Position numbers and translations under genes: made by a program
Virus record (IMG/VR): IMGVR_UViG_3300011242_000001
Location: 50,439 to 114,438 of that record
Source of the DNA: a virus
Taxonomy: Duplodnaviria; Heunggongvirae; Uroviricota; Caudoviricetes
Length of the DNA: 64,000 nucleotides
Reading direction: 5' to 3' (one strand)
The notes under the pieces: model-generated
The model's database searches: none
What the model saw: the letters and a program-made list of their open reading frames with translations, nothing else
Told to the model about the DNA's origin: nothing
Shown: positions 1 through 9,972 of the stretch, one piece after another
Layout: the number at the start of each line of letters is the position of its first letter
How positions within the stretch are numbered: position 1 is the first letter of the stretch

Positions 1-120
1 GTCTTCAAAATATGGGGCAATGCCACAACAGGATGCTTTTTCAGCTCGTTCGTTTAATTCTTCAAATGACATATTTTCAATTTTAGCCAAAAATCGTTTG
101 GCTAACTCTGCGTCAAACAT
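1..120 (-). CDS. hypothetical protein, N-terminal fragment (gene continues beyond the left edge)
   Basis: Reverse-strand ATG near 118-120 preceded by AGGTGG RBS; the ORF runs off the window edge; N-term MFDAELAKRFLAKIENMSFEELNERAEK. Confidence 0.4.
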   Translation of the reverse strand, partial: MFDAELAKRFLAKIENMSFEELNERAEKASCCGIAPYFED

Positions 121-144
121 AATACCACCTAAAATAATTTATGA

Positions 145-813
145 TTATATCCTTTTAAAAATATTTTTTGTAAAAATACATTTAATTAAAAAATACACAT
201 ATATCATAAAAATAATTTGACCTAAAATTGGTATTAAAAATATCAATTTATTTTTAATAATTTGACCAAATTCACGATCCATATATTCTGATAATGTTTC
301 ATCAGTAGCCACTATAAGAAAATTATCATCTTGACCATTTTCAAATGTATATGGTCGATCTAATACTTTAAGCGAATCCTTAATAATAACATTATAAAAA
401 TCCTCTAATAAATCTTTATTCTTTAAATGATGTAATATTTCTTGTCCCTTAAGTTTATCATTGTCATAAAAGCATCTAGTTTTATAAAAATTGATATCAA
501 CTCTACATCCATTATTATTAGCTCGAATTAAATGAATAGATATCAATAAATCCCTCATATTAATTACAGAAGGATTTATAGATTTTGCAGGCGCAAACGT
601 TTTAAATGAATAACTATCAGTATCAATATTACCGGTCAAAAAATAAATTGCTTCCGCTACTTCTTTATGATAACCATGAATAACTGATACAATATCATCT
701 TTAAATTGACTTTTTTCTAAAGCCTTAGCCATATCTAAGTTTTCATATTTAGATTTTAAGTCCAGATTCAGCATATAACAGTCTCTTTTTTGTACATATA
801 AGACATTCGCCAT
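145..813 (-). CDS. hypothetical protein with hydrophobic C-terminus
   Basis: 222-aa ORF; C-terminal stretch is TM-like; no recognisable motifs. Confidence 0.45.
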   Translation of the reverse strand: MANVLYVQKRDCYMLNLDLKSKYENLDMAKALEKSQFKDDIVSVIHGYHKEVAEAIYFLTGNIDTDSYSFKTFAPAKSINPSVINMRDLLISIHLIRANNNGCRVDINFYKTRCFYDNDKLKGQEILHHLKNKDLLEDFYNVIIKDSLKVLDRPYTFENGQDDNFLIVATDETLSEYMDREFGQIIKNKLIFLIPILGQIIFMIYVYFLIKCIFTKNIFKRI

Positions 814-1106
814 CCAAAATCATTTTTAGCTTTCATAAAAAAGAATGCACCATCTGGAAACTTGCCCGTTTCAGCCCAGCTATTTATAATATCTGACGCC
901 CGCGATTGCAATGTATCCAATGGCTCTTCCATATATTCAACTAAAAATTTAGTAAATTCATCTATCGCATCTTTTATAGAAATTCGAGTTGCTAATACAA
1001 ATTGTAGTTCTCGAATTTCTATATCATTGGTACCTTTCATAATAAAAGTATGAATTTTAGTTGGCACTGCTGAATCTGACATATTATTTATCCTGTGAAA
1101 GTCCAA
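768..1106 (-). CDS. hypothetical protein
   Basis: 112-aa ORF in a co-directional minus-strand gene run. Confidence 0.45.
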   Translation of the reverse strand: MDFHRINNMSDSAVPTKIHTFIMKGTNDIEIRELQFVLATRISIKDAIDEFTKFLVEYMEEPLDTLQSRASDIINSWAETGKFPDGAFFFMKAKNDFGWRMSYMYKKETVIC

Positions 1107-1354
1107 TCTGGCGGCATAGTAACTAATGTACCTTTATACCGTTTTTTCTCAAACTTTTCTTCATTAACATTTACACGACCTTGATATTCCTGCCGCATAT
1201 ACCAATCAGGCGCAGAACTCGCTGTATTATATTTTTCGTCATATTTACGACAAAATTCTAATGCTAGCTCTTCAGTTGGAAACAGATATTGATCTTCACG
1301 GCGGGATCCCCATCCGCGTTCATATTCCATCTCATCTACTAGATACACAATCAT
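1088..1354 (-). CDS. hypothetical protein
   Basis: 88-aa ORF; start overlaps the upstream gene. Confidence 0.45.
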   Translation of the reverse strand: MIVYLVDEMEYERGWGSRREDQYLFPTEELALEFCRKYDEKYNTASSAPDWYMRQEYQGRVNVNEEKFEKKRYKGTLVTMPPDWTFTG

Positions 1355-1366
1355 ACGACACTCCTT

Positions 1367-1822
1367 TTAATAGTCATCATCTTCGTCTTCGTCTTCTTCA
1401 TACCAATCATCTTCAACATCTTCATCATCTTCTTCTGGACGAGTGTCAACTGTAATATGACCGAACTTCATATTACCATCGTTATTACTACATTGTACAT
1501 TATTTTCAAATGTAACAACTACAGAACAATCGGCATTTGATTTAATTACTTTCTTAGTAAGTACAGATGTCGGAATAATCGCAATCTGTCCACTATCAAC
1601 TAAAATATTATTGTTATTAAAGGTATTTGGGTAACCGCCATCACCATATGCAGTTCCGAAGACAACCATATTTTTACCTTTATAAGTAAATTGATTTTCT
1701 TTCATATGACTGGTACTATAGATAGTATCAACCATATTTTGATAAGCATCATCAGGCATTACATAGCATGGATCAATAATAATATATTCGCCTGCTGGGA
1801 GTGTAATTGTATTTGTAAACAT
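1367..1822 (-). CDS. hypothetical protein with poly-acidic C-terminal tail
   Basis: 151-aa ORF ending EEDDEDVEDDWYEEDEDEDDDY. Confidence 0.5.
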   Translation of the reverse strand: MFTNTITLPAGEYIIIDPCYVMPDDAYQNMVDTIYSTSHMKENQFTYKGKNMVVFGTAYGDGGYPNTFNNNNILVDSGQIAIIPTSVLTKKVIKSNADCSVVVTFENNVQCSNNDGNMKFGHITVDTRPEEDDEDVEDDWYEEDEDEDDDY

Positions 1823-1909
1823 GTTAATATACCTCTATATTTGTATAAAATCATTATATAATATAATTGTTTAAACGTACATACATTTTTATATTTTAAG
1901 GAAAATATT

Positions 1910-2284
1910 ATGCCTATTAAATTAGATGAAGCAGCTGTAACTATTACAGTACCTGACTCTACCAAATATAACATGGATTTAATGATGGATTTAACAATAG
2001 TATTAGCTAGTCGACACTATTGGGATATCAACGGCAAGGCTGTGTATAAAATATTTCATAAAAAATATAAAAATGTTAAAAAATCAAGCCTTGATAATTC
2101 AATAGGTGAACTATCAAACTATGAACACTATAAAGATCTTTGTAAAATTAAAACCGCACTTGACTTTTTTAAAGATAAATCGGAAACAGATATTTTAGAT
2201 TTACAGTTTAAAGCTGAAATGGGTAAACCATATAATAAGTATATTACTCGTCTATTTGTATATCGTAAAATTATGTGGATTTAA
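1910..2284 (+). CDS. hypothetical protein
   Basis: 124-aa ORF; AAGGAAAAT RBS before ATG; followed by a terminator hairpin. Confidence 0.5.
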   Translation: MPIKLDEAAVTITVPDSTKYNMDLMMDLTIVLASRHYWDINGKAVYKIFHKKYKNVKKSSLDNSIGELSNYEHYKDLCKIKTALDFFKDKSETDILDLQFKAEMGKPYNKYITRLFVYRKIMWI

Positions 2285-2305
2285 AAAAAGGACCTCGAGG
2301 TCCTT

Positions 2306-2758
2306 TTAAAATATTAAAGATGTGTAATTAAAATCTATCACTAATGCGGTTATCAATCCATCTGAATTTTTACAAGCACTTACATCAATTTGAGTTTGAT
2401 GATATGGGATTAATGTACTAGCTACCATATATTGAGATGACAAAACAAATTTTATATTATCTTCACGATTTAGTTTAATACCATTACTTCTAAAAAATTT
2501 ATCATCATCACCAATTACAATATAGCTATTGCTATTTGATAAAGTGCAATAAATAGTTTTTAATTTTTCAGGGATAAACAATCCATAATGAGGATGATTT
2601 AAAATAATTTTAGCAATATTTCTATTGTCGTCATAAAAAATATCACAATTATATTCGCCAGGAACACATAGATAACTATTTTCTACATCATATTCATTTA
2701 ATTTAGTAGTAAATGAAATACGTTTTTCTAATTGAATAGATAGCAAAATGAACTCCAA
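2306..2758 (-). CDS. hypothetical protein
   Basis: 150-aa ORF. Confidence 0.45.
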   Translation of the reverse strand: MEFILLSIQLEKRISFTTKLNEYDVENSYLCVPGEYNCDIFYDDNRNIAKIILNHPHYGLFIPEKLKTIYCTLSNSNSYIVIGDDDKFFRSNGIKLNREDNIKFVLSSQYMVASTLIPYHQTQIDVSACKNSDGLITALVIDFNYTSLIF

Positions 2759-2802
2759 AAAATGGGATAATAATATTATTATCCCATTTTTATTAATTTA
2801 AA

Positions 2803-4104
2803 TTATTTTTTCATTGCGATACGTTGGCTATCGGTTTTGACAATCTTTTTATAATTGTCTTGTAAATCTTTTAAGCGAGTAACTGCTTTTTCGCGCTCAC
2901 TCACACCCTGTTGCTGAATTTGAATTACTTCATTAACAGTTTTAATTAATGTACTTTGTACATATTCTAAAGTTGATACGTCAATAACTGAACGTTGGTT
3001 TGCTTTAGCCGTACTTACAGAGTTGGTGTGCAATAAGTCTGCATTACGTTTAAGAATTTCATTTGTAGCGTCATCAATAGTATTCGCTAATTGAACACTA
3101 TTCTTTTGCTCATTCAATGAAATCGCAAGTGTAATCTGGTTTTTCCATGCTGGAATCGTGATATTTTTGATTGCATAGAACTTATCAACAAGCATCAAAT
3201 TGTTTGCTTGAATAATACGAATCATTGGCAATGTCTGTAATGCTGATTGCTGTAATACATGAAGATCGTGTAAACGCTTTTCTAAGTTATTGCAAACATG
3301 GTTCAAGTCATAAATACGTTGAATTACATTTTGATCTTGTTGATTGCCATTAGATAAATCTTTAATTTCGTCTTTAAGTTCTTGTAACTTTAAATGGCCT
3401 GCTGCAATATGTAGACCTAATGAACGATAATCGTTGTTTACATTGTCAAACATATTATCGAGTAAGTGGACACGATTAGTAAGGCCAGATTGATTGGTTT
3501 CAATTTCACTTACAAGCGCTTTAATTTGTTCTTCTGTAGTATTAAATTTAGTTAAGAAATTATTACGAGCTTTTTCAACAGATTTAAATAATCCACCAAT
3601 AATTGGTAAGCGCGAAAATGAGCTTTGTTTACCAATAAAGTTGCTGCTATTAATACCTTTAGCTACATGAATAACCTGGTTTAATTTTTCGCCGGTTTGA
3701 TCAATGTCTTTATTGTTTACTAAACCCAAAATTTCTGATGTACAGTCATTTGTAGCTGATGAAATATCTTTACCATATTCAGCAACTGCTAATGCATCCA
3801 TTGGACCTAATTTATTTTTTAGTTCCATTACATCTTTTACATCAGCGTCAGTCAAGCCAAGATCAACCAAATTCAATTTTGATGCAGCGAGATCCAAATT
3901 TTTAATTGCCGGCAATGCAGGTTCTTCATTTACAGATTTAAGAATTTGATTATTTACATCTTGCTGAATAGCCGATGGCTCGTCTGCAACAATAACGTCC
4001 ACTTTACCAGTCTCAGATTGAGACATAGCAGCGCGTTCTTTCAATAGTTTTTCTAGTAAAGCGTCGGTTTGTTCTTTATTAAGATCGTTAATTGATGATA
4101 CCAT
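2803..4104 (-). CDS. putative TelA/KlaA-like (toxic anion resistance family) protein
   Basis: 433-aa, largely alpha-helical/coiled-coil protein with overall resemblance to the TelA family; assignment from memory is tentative. Confidence 0.35.
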   Translation of the reverse strand: MVSSINDLNKEQTDALLEKLLKERAAMSQSETGKVDVIVADEPSAIQQDVNNQILKSVNEEPALPAIKNLDLAASKLNLVDLGLTDADVKDVMELKNKLGPMDALAVAEYGKDISSATNDCTSEILGLVNNKDIDQTGEKLNQVIHVAKGINSSNFIGKQSSFSRLPIIGGLFKSVEKARNNFLTKFNTTEEQIKALVSEIETNQSGLTNRVHLLDNMFDNVNNDYRSLGLHIAAGHLKLQELKDEIKDLSNGNQQDQNVIQRIYDLNHVCNNLEKRLHDLHVLQQSALQTLPMIRIIQANNLMLVDKFYAIKNITIPAWKNQITLAISLNEQKNSVQLANTIDDATNEILKRNADLLHTNSVSTAKANQRSVIDVSTLEYVQSTLIKTVNEVIQIQQQGVSEREKAVTRLKDLQDNYKKIVKTDSQRIAMKK

Positions 4105-4175
4105 GATACATATTCCATTTAGGTTTTAAGATAAAACAAATATACCATAAAGAAGTATATTTGTATATACATATT

Positions 4176-5711
4176 TTACAATAAATTATAAACTTTGTTA
4201 AATTCATCATTATTGATTTTCATATTCATTTCAATTGCAGGTTTTAAGATTTTTTCAATCGCTGTAAACTTGTCAATCAAAATACCAATATTGTTTTTAG
4301 CTAGCTCATATTGCATTGCTGTTGTACGTGACAATGTTTGAGCCGCCAATAAATCATTTTTTCGTCGTAATAAACGTTGCTTATCACTATCCGAATATTG
4401 ATCATCTTGCATATAAGATTCTAATAATTTGATATCTTCATCAAATTGTGTATGTAAATCTTTTAATGAATCATATAATTTAGCAAATGATTCATATTGA
4501 TTGGATAATACAGTTACTAAATTACTGCCTTTGTCTAATAAATTTTCGAAGTCAATAACTGCAATTGTAATATTGGCCTTAATTTCAATGTCTGATTTAA
4601 ATATTTTGCCCCAAAAGCCAATAGTAGAATACTTTTTATATTTTTCTACTGCAGATTTAAGATTTACAATTACACTACTCATTCTTTCCAGGTTATCACT
4701 AGTAATTTCCATGGTAATTGTATTCATTTTATCGATAGTTGTTACACCAACTGCAAAAATACCGGTATTTGTATCCATATCTATTTCAGCCTTTTCTATT
4801 TGTTCATCAACAACTGTATTGTCGGGCTCTTTAAAAGTACCCATTAAGTTGTTATATTGTAGACTGTTTATAATAAGTTCGTACATACGTGGGCTAACAT
4901 AAAACTTAATTATTCTATCAAATAATTTTTTATGTTGCTCATTTAGCATAAAGTAGTCATATTCAATGCATCTTAATATAAAAACTCTAATGGCAGATAA
5001 ATCATTAGATCCACCTGTCATGTATATAAATGGAATATACTTATTTTGATTTAAAATAGATTCTATCTTATCTGGTCTAATGTCATCATTTAAAAATTCA
5101 GATATAAAGTTACAGTAATCGATGAGACCTTTATAGTCATCATTTACATAAAATCTTAAATTAATGATATCATTAATAATAGCAATATGTTTATGTAAAT
5201 CCCTACTTCTAGTTTGTTGTAAATTTCGCACATAACTTGAAATATATCCATCATTATAGCCAAACCCACTAATTTTATCTAAATTTTTAAATATGTCATT
5301 TATTGAAAGTGTGTTATACGTATGAAAATATGCAACTGTTTCCGAAGTAGGCTTCGTTTCATACATTGGTAAATGTAAAATAAAATCTTTGCTTATAAGT
5401 TTTGAAAATGTATGATATGTATAAATTTGATTAATATAATTGCGATATATTGTATCAGCAACATGATTTAAATCTTTTGCTTTGGTTGTTAAACAATATT
5501 TTAAAATTAAGGCCATACGTTTATGTAATGAGCTATTATCATCATACGAAATCGGATTTACAACAGCTGCATAAATATCGCCTAAAGCGGGCTTTAGATC
5601 ATTAGGTAAAGAATTAAAATGATATTCAATTTTGTCAGTCAAATAAAAGTTTTCATCACGAATATCGTAATGTATAAAAGATAGAAAATAAAAATATACA
5701 TGCATATTCAT
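4176..5711 (-). CDS. large hypothetical protein (511 aa)
   Basis: Long uninterrupted ORF directly upstream of the TelA-like gene on the same strand. Confidence 0.5.
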   Translation of the reverse strand: MNMHVYFYFLSFIHYDIRDENFYLTDKIEYHFNSLPNDLKPALGDIYAAVVNPISYDDNSSLHKRMALILKYCLTTKAKDLNHVADTIYRNYINQIYTYHTFSKLISKDFILHLPMYETKPTSETVAYFHTYNTLSINDIFKNLDKISGFGYNDGYISSYVRNLQQTRSRDLHKHIAIINDIINLRFYVNDDYKGLIDYCNFISEFLNDDIRPDKIESILNQNKYIPFIYMTGGSNDLSAIRVFILRCIEYDYFMLNEQHKKLFDRIIKFYVSPRMYELIINSLQYNNLMGTFKEPDNTVVDEQIEKAEIDMDTNTGIFAVGVTTIDKMNTITMEITSDNLERMSSVIVNLKSAVEKYKKYSTIGFWGKIFKSDIEIKANITIAVIDFENLLDKGSNLVTVLSNQYESFAKLYDSLKDLHTQFDEDIKLLESYMQDDQYSDSDKQRLLRRKNDLLAAQTLSRTTAMQYELAKNNIGILIDKFTAIEKILKPAIEMNMKINNDEFNKVYNLL

Positions 5712-5888
5712 GATAATTGCCTTATGATTTACGAATTTTTGATACGTCTAACTTTTTAATTTTTTCAAGATGATCTGATGCATTAATTGCATCTAAAAGA
5801 TTATTTGCATTTCGATTGCTACGATTAATCGCTTGCTTTAAAATAATTGGACCAGTCCCAATCGCTTGCATCATATTATATGTACTAT

Positions 5889-6353
5889 TCATTTTGATAA
5901 ATCCCGTGATAGTTTAGCCATTTTATTTTTAAAAGCCATATCATAAAGAGCTTCCGACGTTTGACCATATTTTTTAGTAATTAACGTATGAGCCTTAATA
6001 ATTGCTTCTTCATAAGTATAACCGCCACAATCAAGGTCTGTATCATGGGTTAAAGCAAACTTACGACCTTTTGTATATGCATATTCACTACTAGGAACGC
6101 TCCAATCAATTTCAAATGGGACTAATACTTCTACCCAATATTGTAAGGTATCATTTAAAGATGCATCATCTTCAATGCGATTAGTTTTTTTGCAAATAAG
6201 ATGAGGATCAATTAAAACAATAATTGTCTCTTCTGGATAAGCAAACAGAAATTTGTGGTGATTTTTAAGTTCCCACTCTTTTTTAATAAAGTCTTTAATT
6301 TCATCAATAGTCATAATAAAAAAGCTCGCTAAAATGTATATACATAATAACAA
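5889..6353 (-). CDS. hypothetical protein (true start possibly the internal Met MTIDEIK)
   Basis: 154-aa ORF. Confidence 0.4.
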   Translation of the reverse strand: MLLCIYILASFFIMTIDEIKDFIKKEWELKNHHKFLFAYPEETIIVLIDPHLICKKTNRIEDDASLNDTLQYWVEVLVPFEIDWSVPSSEYAYTKGRKFALTHDTDLDCGGYTYEEAIIKAHTLITKKYGQTSEALYDMAFKNKMAKLSRDLSK

Positions 6354-6372
6354 GCTTTTTTATATTTGTAAA

Positions 6373-6924
6373 CTATTTTACTTCAATGTACGGCAACTTT
6401 GAATAATATAGAATAGGTTTACCAGTTGTATCTTTAGTATAGCAATCTTGTTGCCAATCCCAACCTGCCAAAAACCATTTGTCTTCGCCAGTATCGGACA
6501 ATGAATTAAAGCCAATTGTAGTTGTATATAAATCATCCTGGGTACCAACATTTGATGATTCAACTAATACAATATATTGTTCACCATCTTTAATTGAATC
6601 ATCAATGTATCGCCATCCCATCTTCAAATATGTAGTAATTACAGCTTGTCGATGTTGATCATGCATGCCTTGTAATTTAGTATGCATGAGCTTAATAATT
6701 TCCATTGAAACATTATCAGGGTGATCTTTTGAAATATCAATGCCATTAACTAATTCAGGTACCCATTCGGTTGACCATAAATTATATTCATTTCGAATAT
6801 CCTGACCTAATGACGAATGTAATGAAATAAGATCATCACTATCTAATGCTCCCAATTGAATTTTTGCATTATCAGACAATTTATCAATTAAGCCATCTGC
6901 AATTTTATTAATATCTACTTTCAT
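6373..6924 (-). CDS. hypothetical protein
   Basis: 183-aa ORF. Confidence 0.5.
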   Translation of the reverse strand: MKVDINKIADGLIDKLSDNAKIQLGALDSDDLISLHSSLGQDIRNEYNLWSTEWVPELVNGIDISKDHPDNVSMEIIKLMHTKLQGMHDQHRQAVITTYLKMGWRYIDDSIKDGEQYIVLVESSNVGTQDDLYTTTIGFNSLSDTGEDKWFLAGWDWQQDCYTKDTTGKPILYYSKLPYIEVK

Positions 6925-7040
6925 ATTATTCCTAATTCATCATATATTGCGCTGTATCACACTATATCAAAGATGGTTGCGGTTTGTATACATTTTTATT
7001 AAGTATTCCATATGGATCAACCAGGATCAAATATGGAATA

Positions 7041-7412
7041 CTATTCTGGCTTCCAAAGCTTAGCAAACTTTAATACGTTAGGTATATTGCCAGTGCTTAC
7101 GGGTAATGTAACTAAACAAGATTTTTTACCACCCAAGGTATTATTTTCATGACCGGCGTAACATACTAATTGGGATTGTATTTTATTAAATTCTTTTTGA
7201 TTTACCTTAACAACCACCTTTTTAAATGATTCTGTTTTCCATTTTGAATATGTATCGGGAATATTTGTATTACCTAAACAATTAAATTCAATCGAATCTA
7301 AAAAATAGCTATCAGCCGCTAATACAGCATGCGCTACTAAAGTGGGTACCATATAAGATGGGAATTCATCTAATACAGCAATATACATTTTTAAATATGG
7401 TTCTTGGCTCAT
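7041..7412 (-). CDS. hypothetical protein
   Basis: 123-aa ORF; AAGGAGA RBS upstream on the minus strand; start abuts the 5' end of structured element A. Confidence 0.5.
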   Translation of the reverse strand: MSQEPYLKMYIAVLDEFPSYMVPTLVAHAVLAADSYFLDSIEFNCLGNTNIPDTYSKWKTESFKKVVVKVNQKEFNKIQSQLVCYAGHENNTLGGKKSCLVTLPVSTGNIPNVLKFAKLWKPE

Positions 7413-7432
7413 TCTTAATTTCTCCTTTATTT

Positions 7433-8045
7433 GGGTATGACTCGACCTTTATATCCGTGATTTGAGTAAAATTAAATTAAATTTAATAATAAAATTAAGA
7501 ATGATAATAAAAACTTAAAAATATTATTAAAGTAATTACTAATGATGATATACATATGGAAAAATGATAAGAAAACATATTTACAATAATTTGTACTTTG
7601 ATTCTCTATTTCTACAATGAGAAATCAATTTAAATCAGGGCTGGTCCAACAATACCAATATCACCGTGTAGAGCGGCTTATTACAAATTTACATCTCGTC
7701 TCTCGACACATTCTTTGCCGTAGAATGTATATCCCCTAAGAATTTGTTCCGGCTTCTTAGGCACCAAACTATATACTAGTTCAAATGGATCAATCAAATA
7801 TCCATCCTATCAGTTATTATAGAGTTATATTCTATGACGAATATATTGAAACTACGGTTGGTGTGGCGGATTCTAAACTATCTATGCAATTATATAATTT
7901 AGAATCTGTTCTTTACCTCTATAAAAGATTATATTATCTGATTAAAGTAAAGTCTTCGTTTCAAAGTGGTTGATTACCGTATAACCATGATTGGATCACG
8001 TCGCCTGTTGTTAGGTCAAACATTGCAGGCACTTTATTTTTTAAT
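7433..8045 (+). ncRNA. ORF-free conserved structured element A (candidate novel ncRNA or cis element); homologous to the inverted copy at 36598-37298
   Basis: About 610 nt with no conserved ORF. It shares multiple blocks with the reverse complement of 36598-37298: tatgactcNacctttatatccgtgatt, ccaacaat, cacattctttgccgtagaatgtatatcc, ctaaga..cggc.tcttag.cacc, ctatgacga..gttggtNtggcgg, gtggttgattaccgtaNaacca, ggatcac. Perfect hairpin ACATTCT-ttgccgt-AGAATGT. Covarying stem CTAAGA(A)/(T)TCTTAG versus CTAAGAG/CTCTTAG. Confidence 0.45.
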
Positions 8046-8170
8046 TGCAAAGATATTATCAATCTTCATTCTTTTCTCTATTATTTCGCGCCCAAGAAAA
8101 GTAAGGCAGGCTGCAACTTAGGTTGAGACTTATTTATATTTTATATCACATTTGATTATATTTGTAAATA

Positions 8171-8197
8171 AAAAAACTCCCGAAGGAGTCTTTATTT
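8171..8197 (-). terminator. rho-independent terminator (hairpin ACTCC-cgaa-GGAGT with flanking A/T runs)
   Basis: Stem-loop plus T-run on the minus strand immediately after gene 8208..8465. Confidence 0.55.
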
Positions 8198-8207
8198 TAT
8201 AAAATCT

Positions 8208-8465
8208 TTAGTTATAAAATGGATCTTTCATTAATGCAATTAATAATGCGTTATGCTGATCAACCACTAAAAATGTTGTGAACGGTTGATATTCTCTATT
8301 ACATCGTGTAATAAAGTGACCAAACAAGCGTTCGCCTTCTTCGGCACCAAAAATGCTTTGGAATTTACGCAAATCCGATTTATATTGGAATTTAATAATT
8401 CTTCCATTAAATGAGCTCCAATTTCTTAGAACTGTTAATTCATCATTTGATAATTCATTAGACAT
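8208..8465 (-). CDS. hypothetical protein
   Basis: 85-aa ORF followed by a terminator. Confidence 0.45.
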   Translation of the reverse strand: MSNELSNDELTVLRNWSSFNGRIIKFQYKSDLRKFQSIFGAEEGERLFGHFITRCNREYQPFTTFLVVDQHNALLIALMKDPFYN

Positions 8466-8480
8466 ATAATTTACTCACTT

Positions 8481-8924
8481 TTAAACATAATAAACGACAA
8501 TTTCTAAATCTGGTGTAACTTCATTAATAATTTGTTGAATTGTAGCCCAATCACCGCCAGCAAGACCTGCACCAATACGAGGTATACATGCAGTTTTGCC
8601 TTTAAAGTCTTCATTTAATAATGCGAATCCTTTTCGAACAGCGTCATAATCTACTTGAATTTGATGTGTACCAAAATCATATTGTGTATATAAGTTAATT
8701 ACAGTACCAAATTCTGTTACAGCCATTGAATAAAGACCAAGTTTATTTTTTGTACCAATTGGAGTTTTACAATCTGCTTGATAAGCATTAGGGTATCTGT
8801 ATTTTACAATAGCTGCGATTCCACCTCCCATGGTATGGAAGCAATTACAACCATGTACTAGTATATCATATTCTTTCTTTTCAAATGGTACAAATAAGTT
8901 TTCTTTAATTTCAGCAACGATCAT
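8481..8924 (-). CDS. macro-domain protein (ADP-ribose binding/hydrolase, MacroD-like)
   Basis: Motifs VHGCNCFHTMGGGIAAIV and IPRIGAGLAGGDW match the macro-domain Gly-rich loops; start set at the internal Met MIVAEIK, which has an AGGAAA RBS. Confidence 0.6.
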   Translation of the reverse strand: MIVAEIKENLFVPFEKKEYDILVHGCNCFHTMGGGIAAIVKYRYPNAYQADCKTPIGTKNKLGLYSMAVTEFGTVINLYTQYDFGTHQIQVDYDAVRKGFALLNEDFKGKTACIPRIGAGLAGGDWATIQQIINEVTPDLEIVVYYV

Positions 8925-8982
8925 GTGTTTTTTCCTGGCCAAATATAATAATATATATAAGCAATTATATCGGAGATACATA

Positions 8983-9555
8983 GTGATTAAAATAGAAGAT
9001 TTTAAAAAAGAACATTCTACAAATATGAAAATGCTGAATAAGTATCTAAATGATGATTTAATGGGACCTATAGCAGAATGGATTATGGAAGAAAAAGGTA
9101 ATCCATTAGTTTGGATGGATCCTAACTATTATAATCAAATGCGAACTTTGGGTGGTCTTATTAGCATTTTACACAATATTCAACATGCTCTTGTGGATGA
9201 TGGAGAAATGTGCTTTCCAATTGTTGAAGGCGAGCAGCAAATTCGATTCATGGACAAATGGGATTATATTCGTACTATTGGCGAACCTGATGCATGGGCC
9301 GAAGATATTTATGACTTTATTGAAAATATCGAAATAATTCATCGTGAATGGTTACGCAATGCATTTGCGTTTGATGCGGCTGATATTGGGATTGAGTCTG
9401 CAATGGATCAATATTTATCACGATATGCAGACTTTGATCCAGCCTGGGGAACTGAGATTTTAACGCTAAAACGCATTCATATCAAAGCTAAGTTAAGAAA
9501 AAAATTACAATTAATAAATGAACGGAAGGCTAAAAATAATGATCCACAAGTATAG
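8983..9555 (+). CDS. hypothetical protein (start uncertain: GTG ~8983 with GGAG RBS, or ATG ~9025)
   Basis: ORF 8830..9555 overlaps the convergent macro gene at its 5' end, so a later start is more likely. Confidence 0.4.
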   Translation: MIKIEDFKKEHSTNMKMLNKYLNDDLMGPIAEWIMEEKGNPLVWMDPNYYNQMRTLGGLISILHNIQHALVDDGEMCFPIVEGEQQIRFMDKWDYIRTIGEPDAWAEDIYDFIENIEIIHREWLRNAFAFDAADIGIESAMDQYLSRYADFDPAWGTEILTLKRIHIKAKLRKKLQLINERKAKNNDPQV

Positions 9556-9904
9556 TTATGGCAAAGGATATAGCACTGTTGATATAGAAGTTTATGAAAA
9601 AGAACTTACTATTAAAAGTGATGAATACGGTTATTTCTTACAATTTTATAAAGGCGACGAATTCTTAAACATTCTTGAACTTATAGAAATTAACTTTGCT
9701 AAGAATGAATGGGATCAACATACAGAGACTTATTTTAAACATGAATTAGAAGCTTTTAAGATAGATTTTGATATAAATGTACCACATCATGCATATACTA
9801 TTCAAAGTCTTGCAGATGAAGATCATCGGTTATGTGTATCATTGAATGAATGGAATGAATTTTTAGCTACTTTATATACAATTCGTGAAGATTTATTCAG
9901 ATAA
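9539..9904 (+). CDS. hypothetical protein
   Basis: ATG with GGAAGG RBS; 121 aa. Confidence 0.4.
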   Translation: MIHKYSYGKGYSTVDIEVYEKELTIKSDEYGYFLQFYKGDEFLNILELIEINFAKNEWDQHTETYFKHELEAFKIDFDINVPHHAYTIQSLADEDHRLCVSLNEWNEFLATLYTIREDLFR

Positions 9905-9972
9905 TATATGTACTTATGTATGTACATTTGTTATAATGTATATACATTATAACAAAACACAAAGGTGTTAAA

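Noticed and set aside
20-220. 66-aa plus-strand ORF at the left edge
   Set aside because: Lies antisense to a better-supported minus-strand gene start (RBS AGGTGG plus ATG at ~120) and in AT-rich leader sequence; low-complexity translation.
7785-7973. 62-aa ORF inside structured element A
   Set aside because: The homologous position in element B is interrupted by stops; conservation between the copies is at the nucleotide level, so it is unlikely to be coding.
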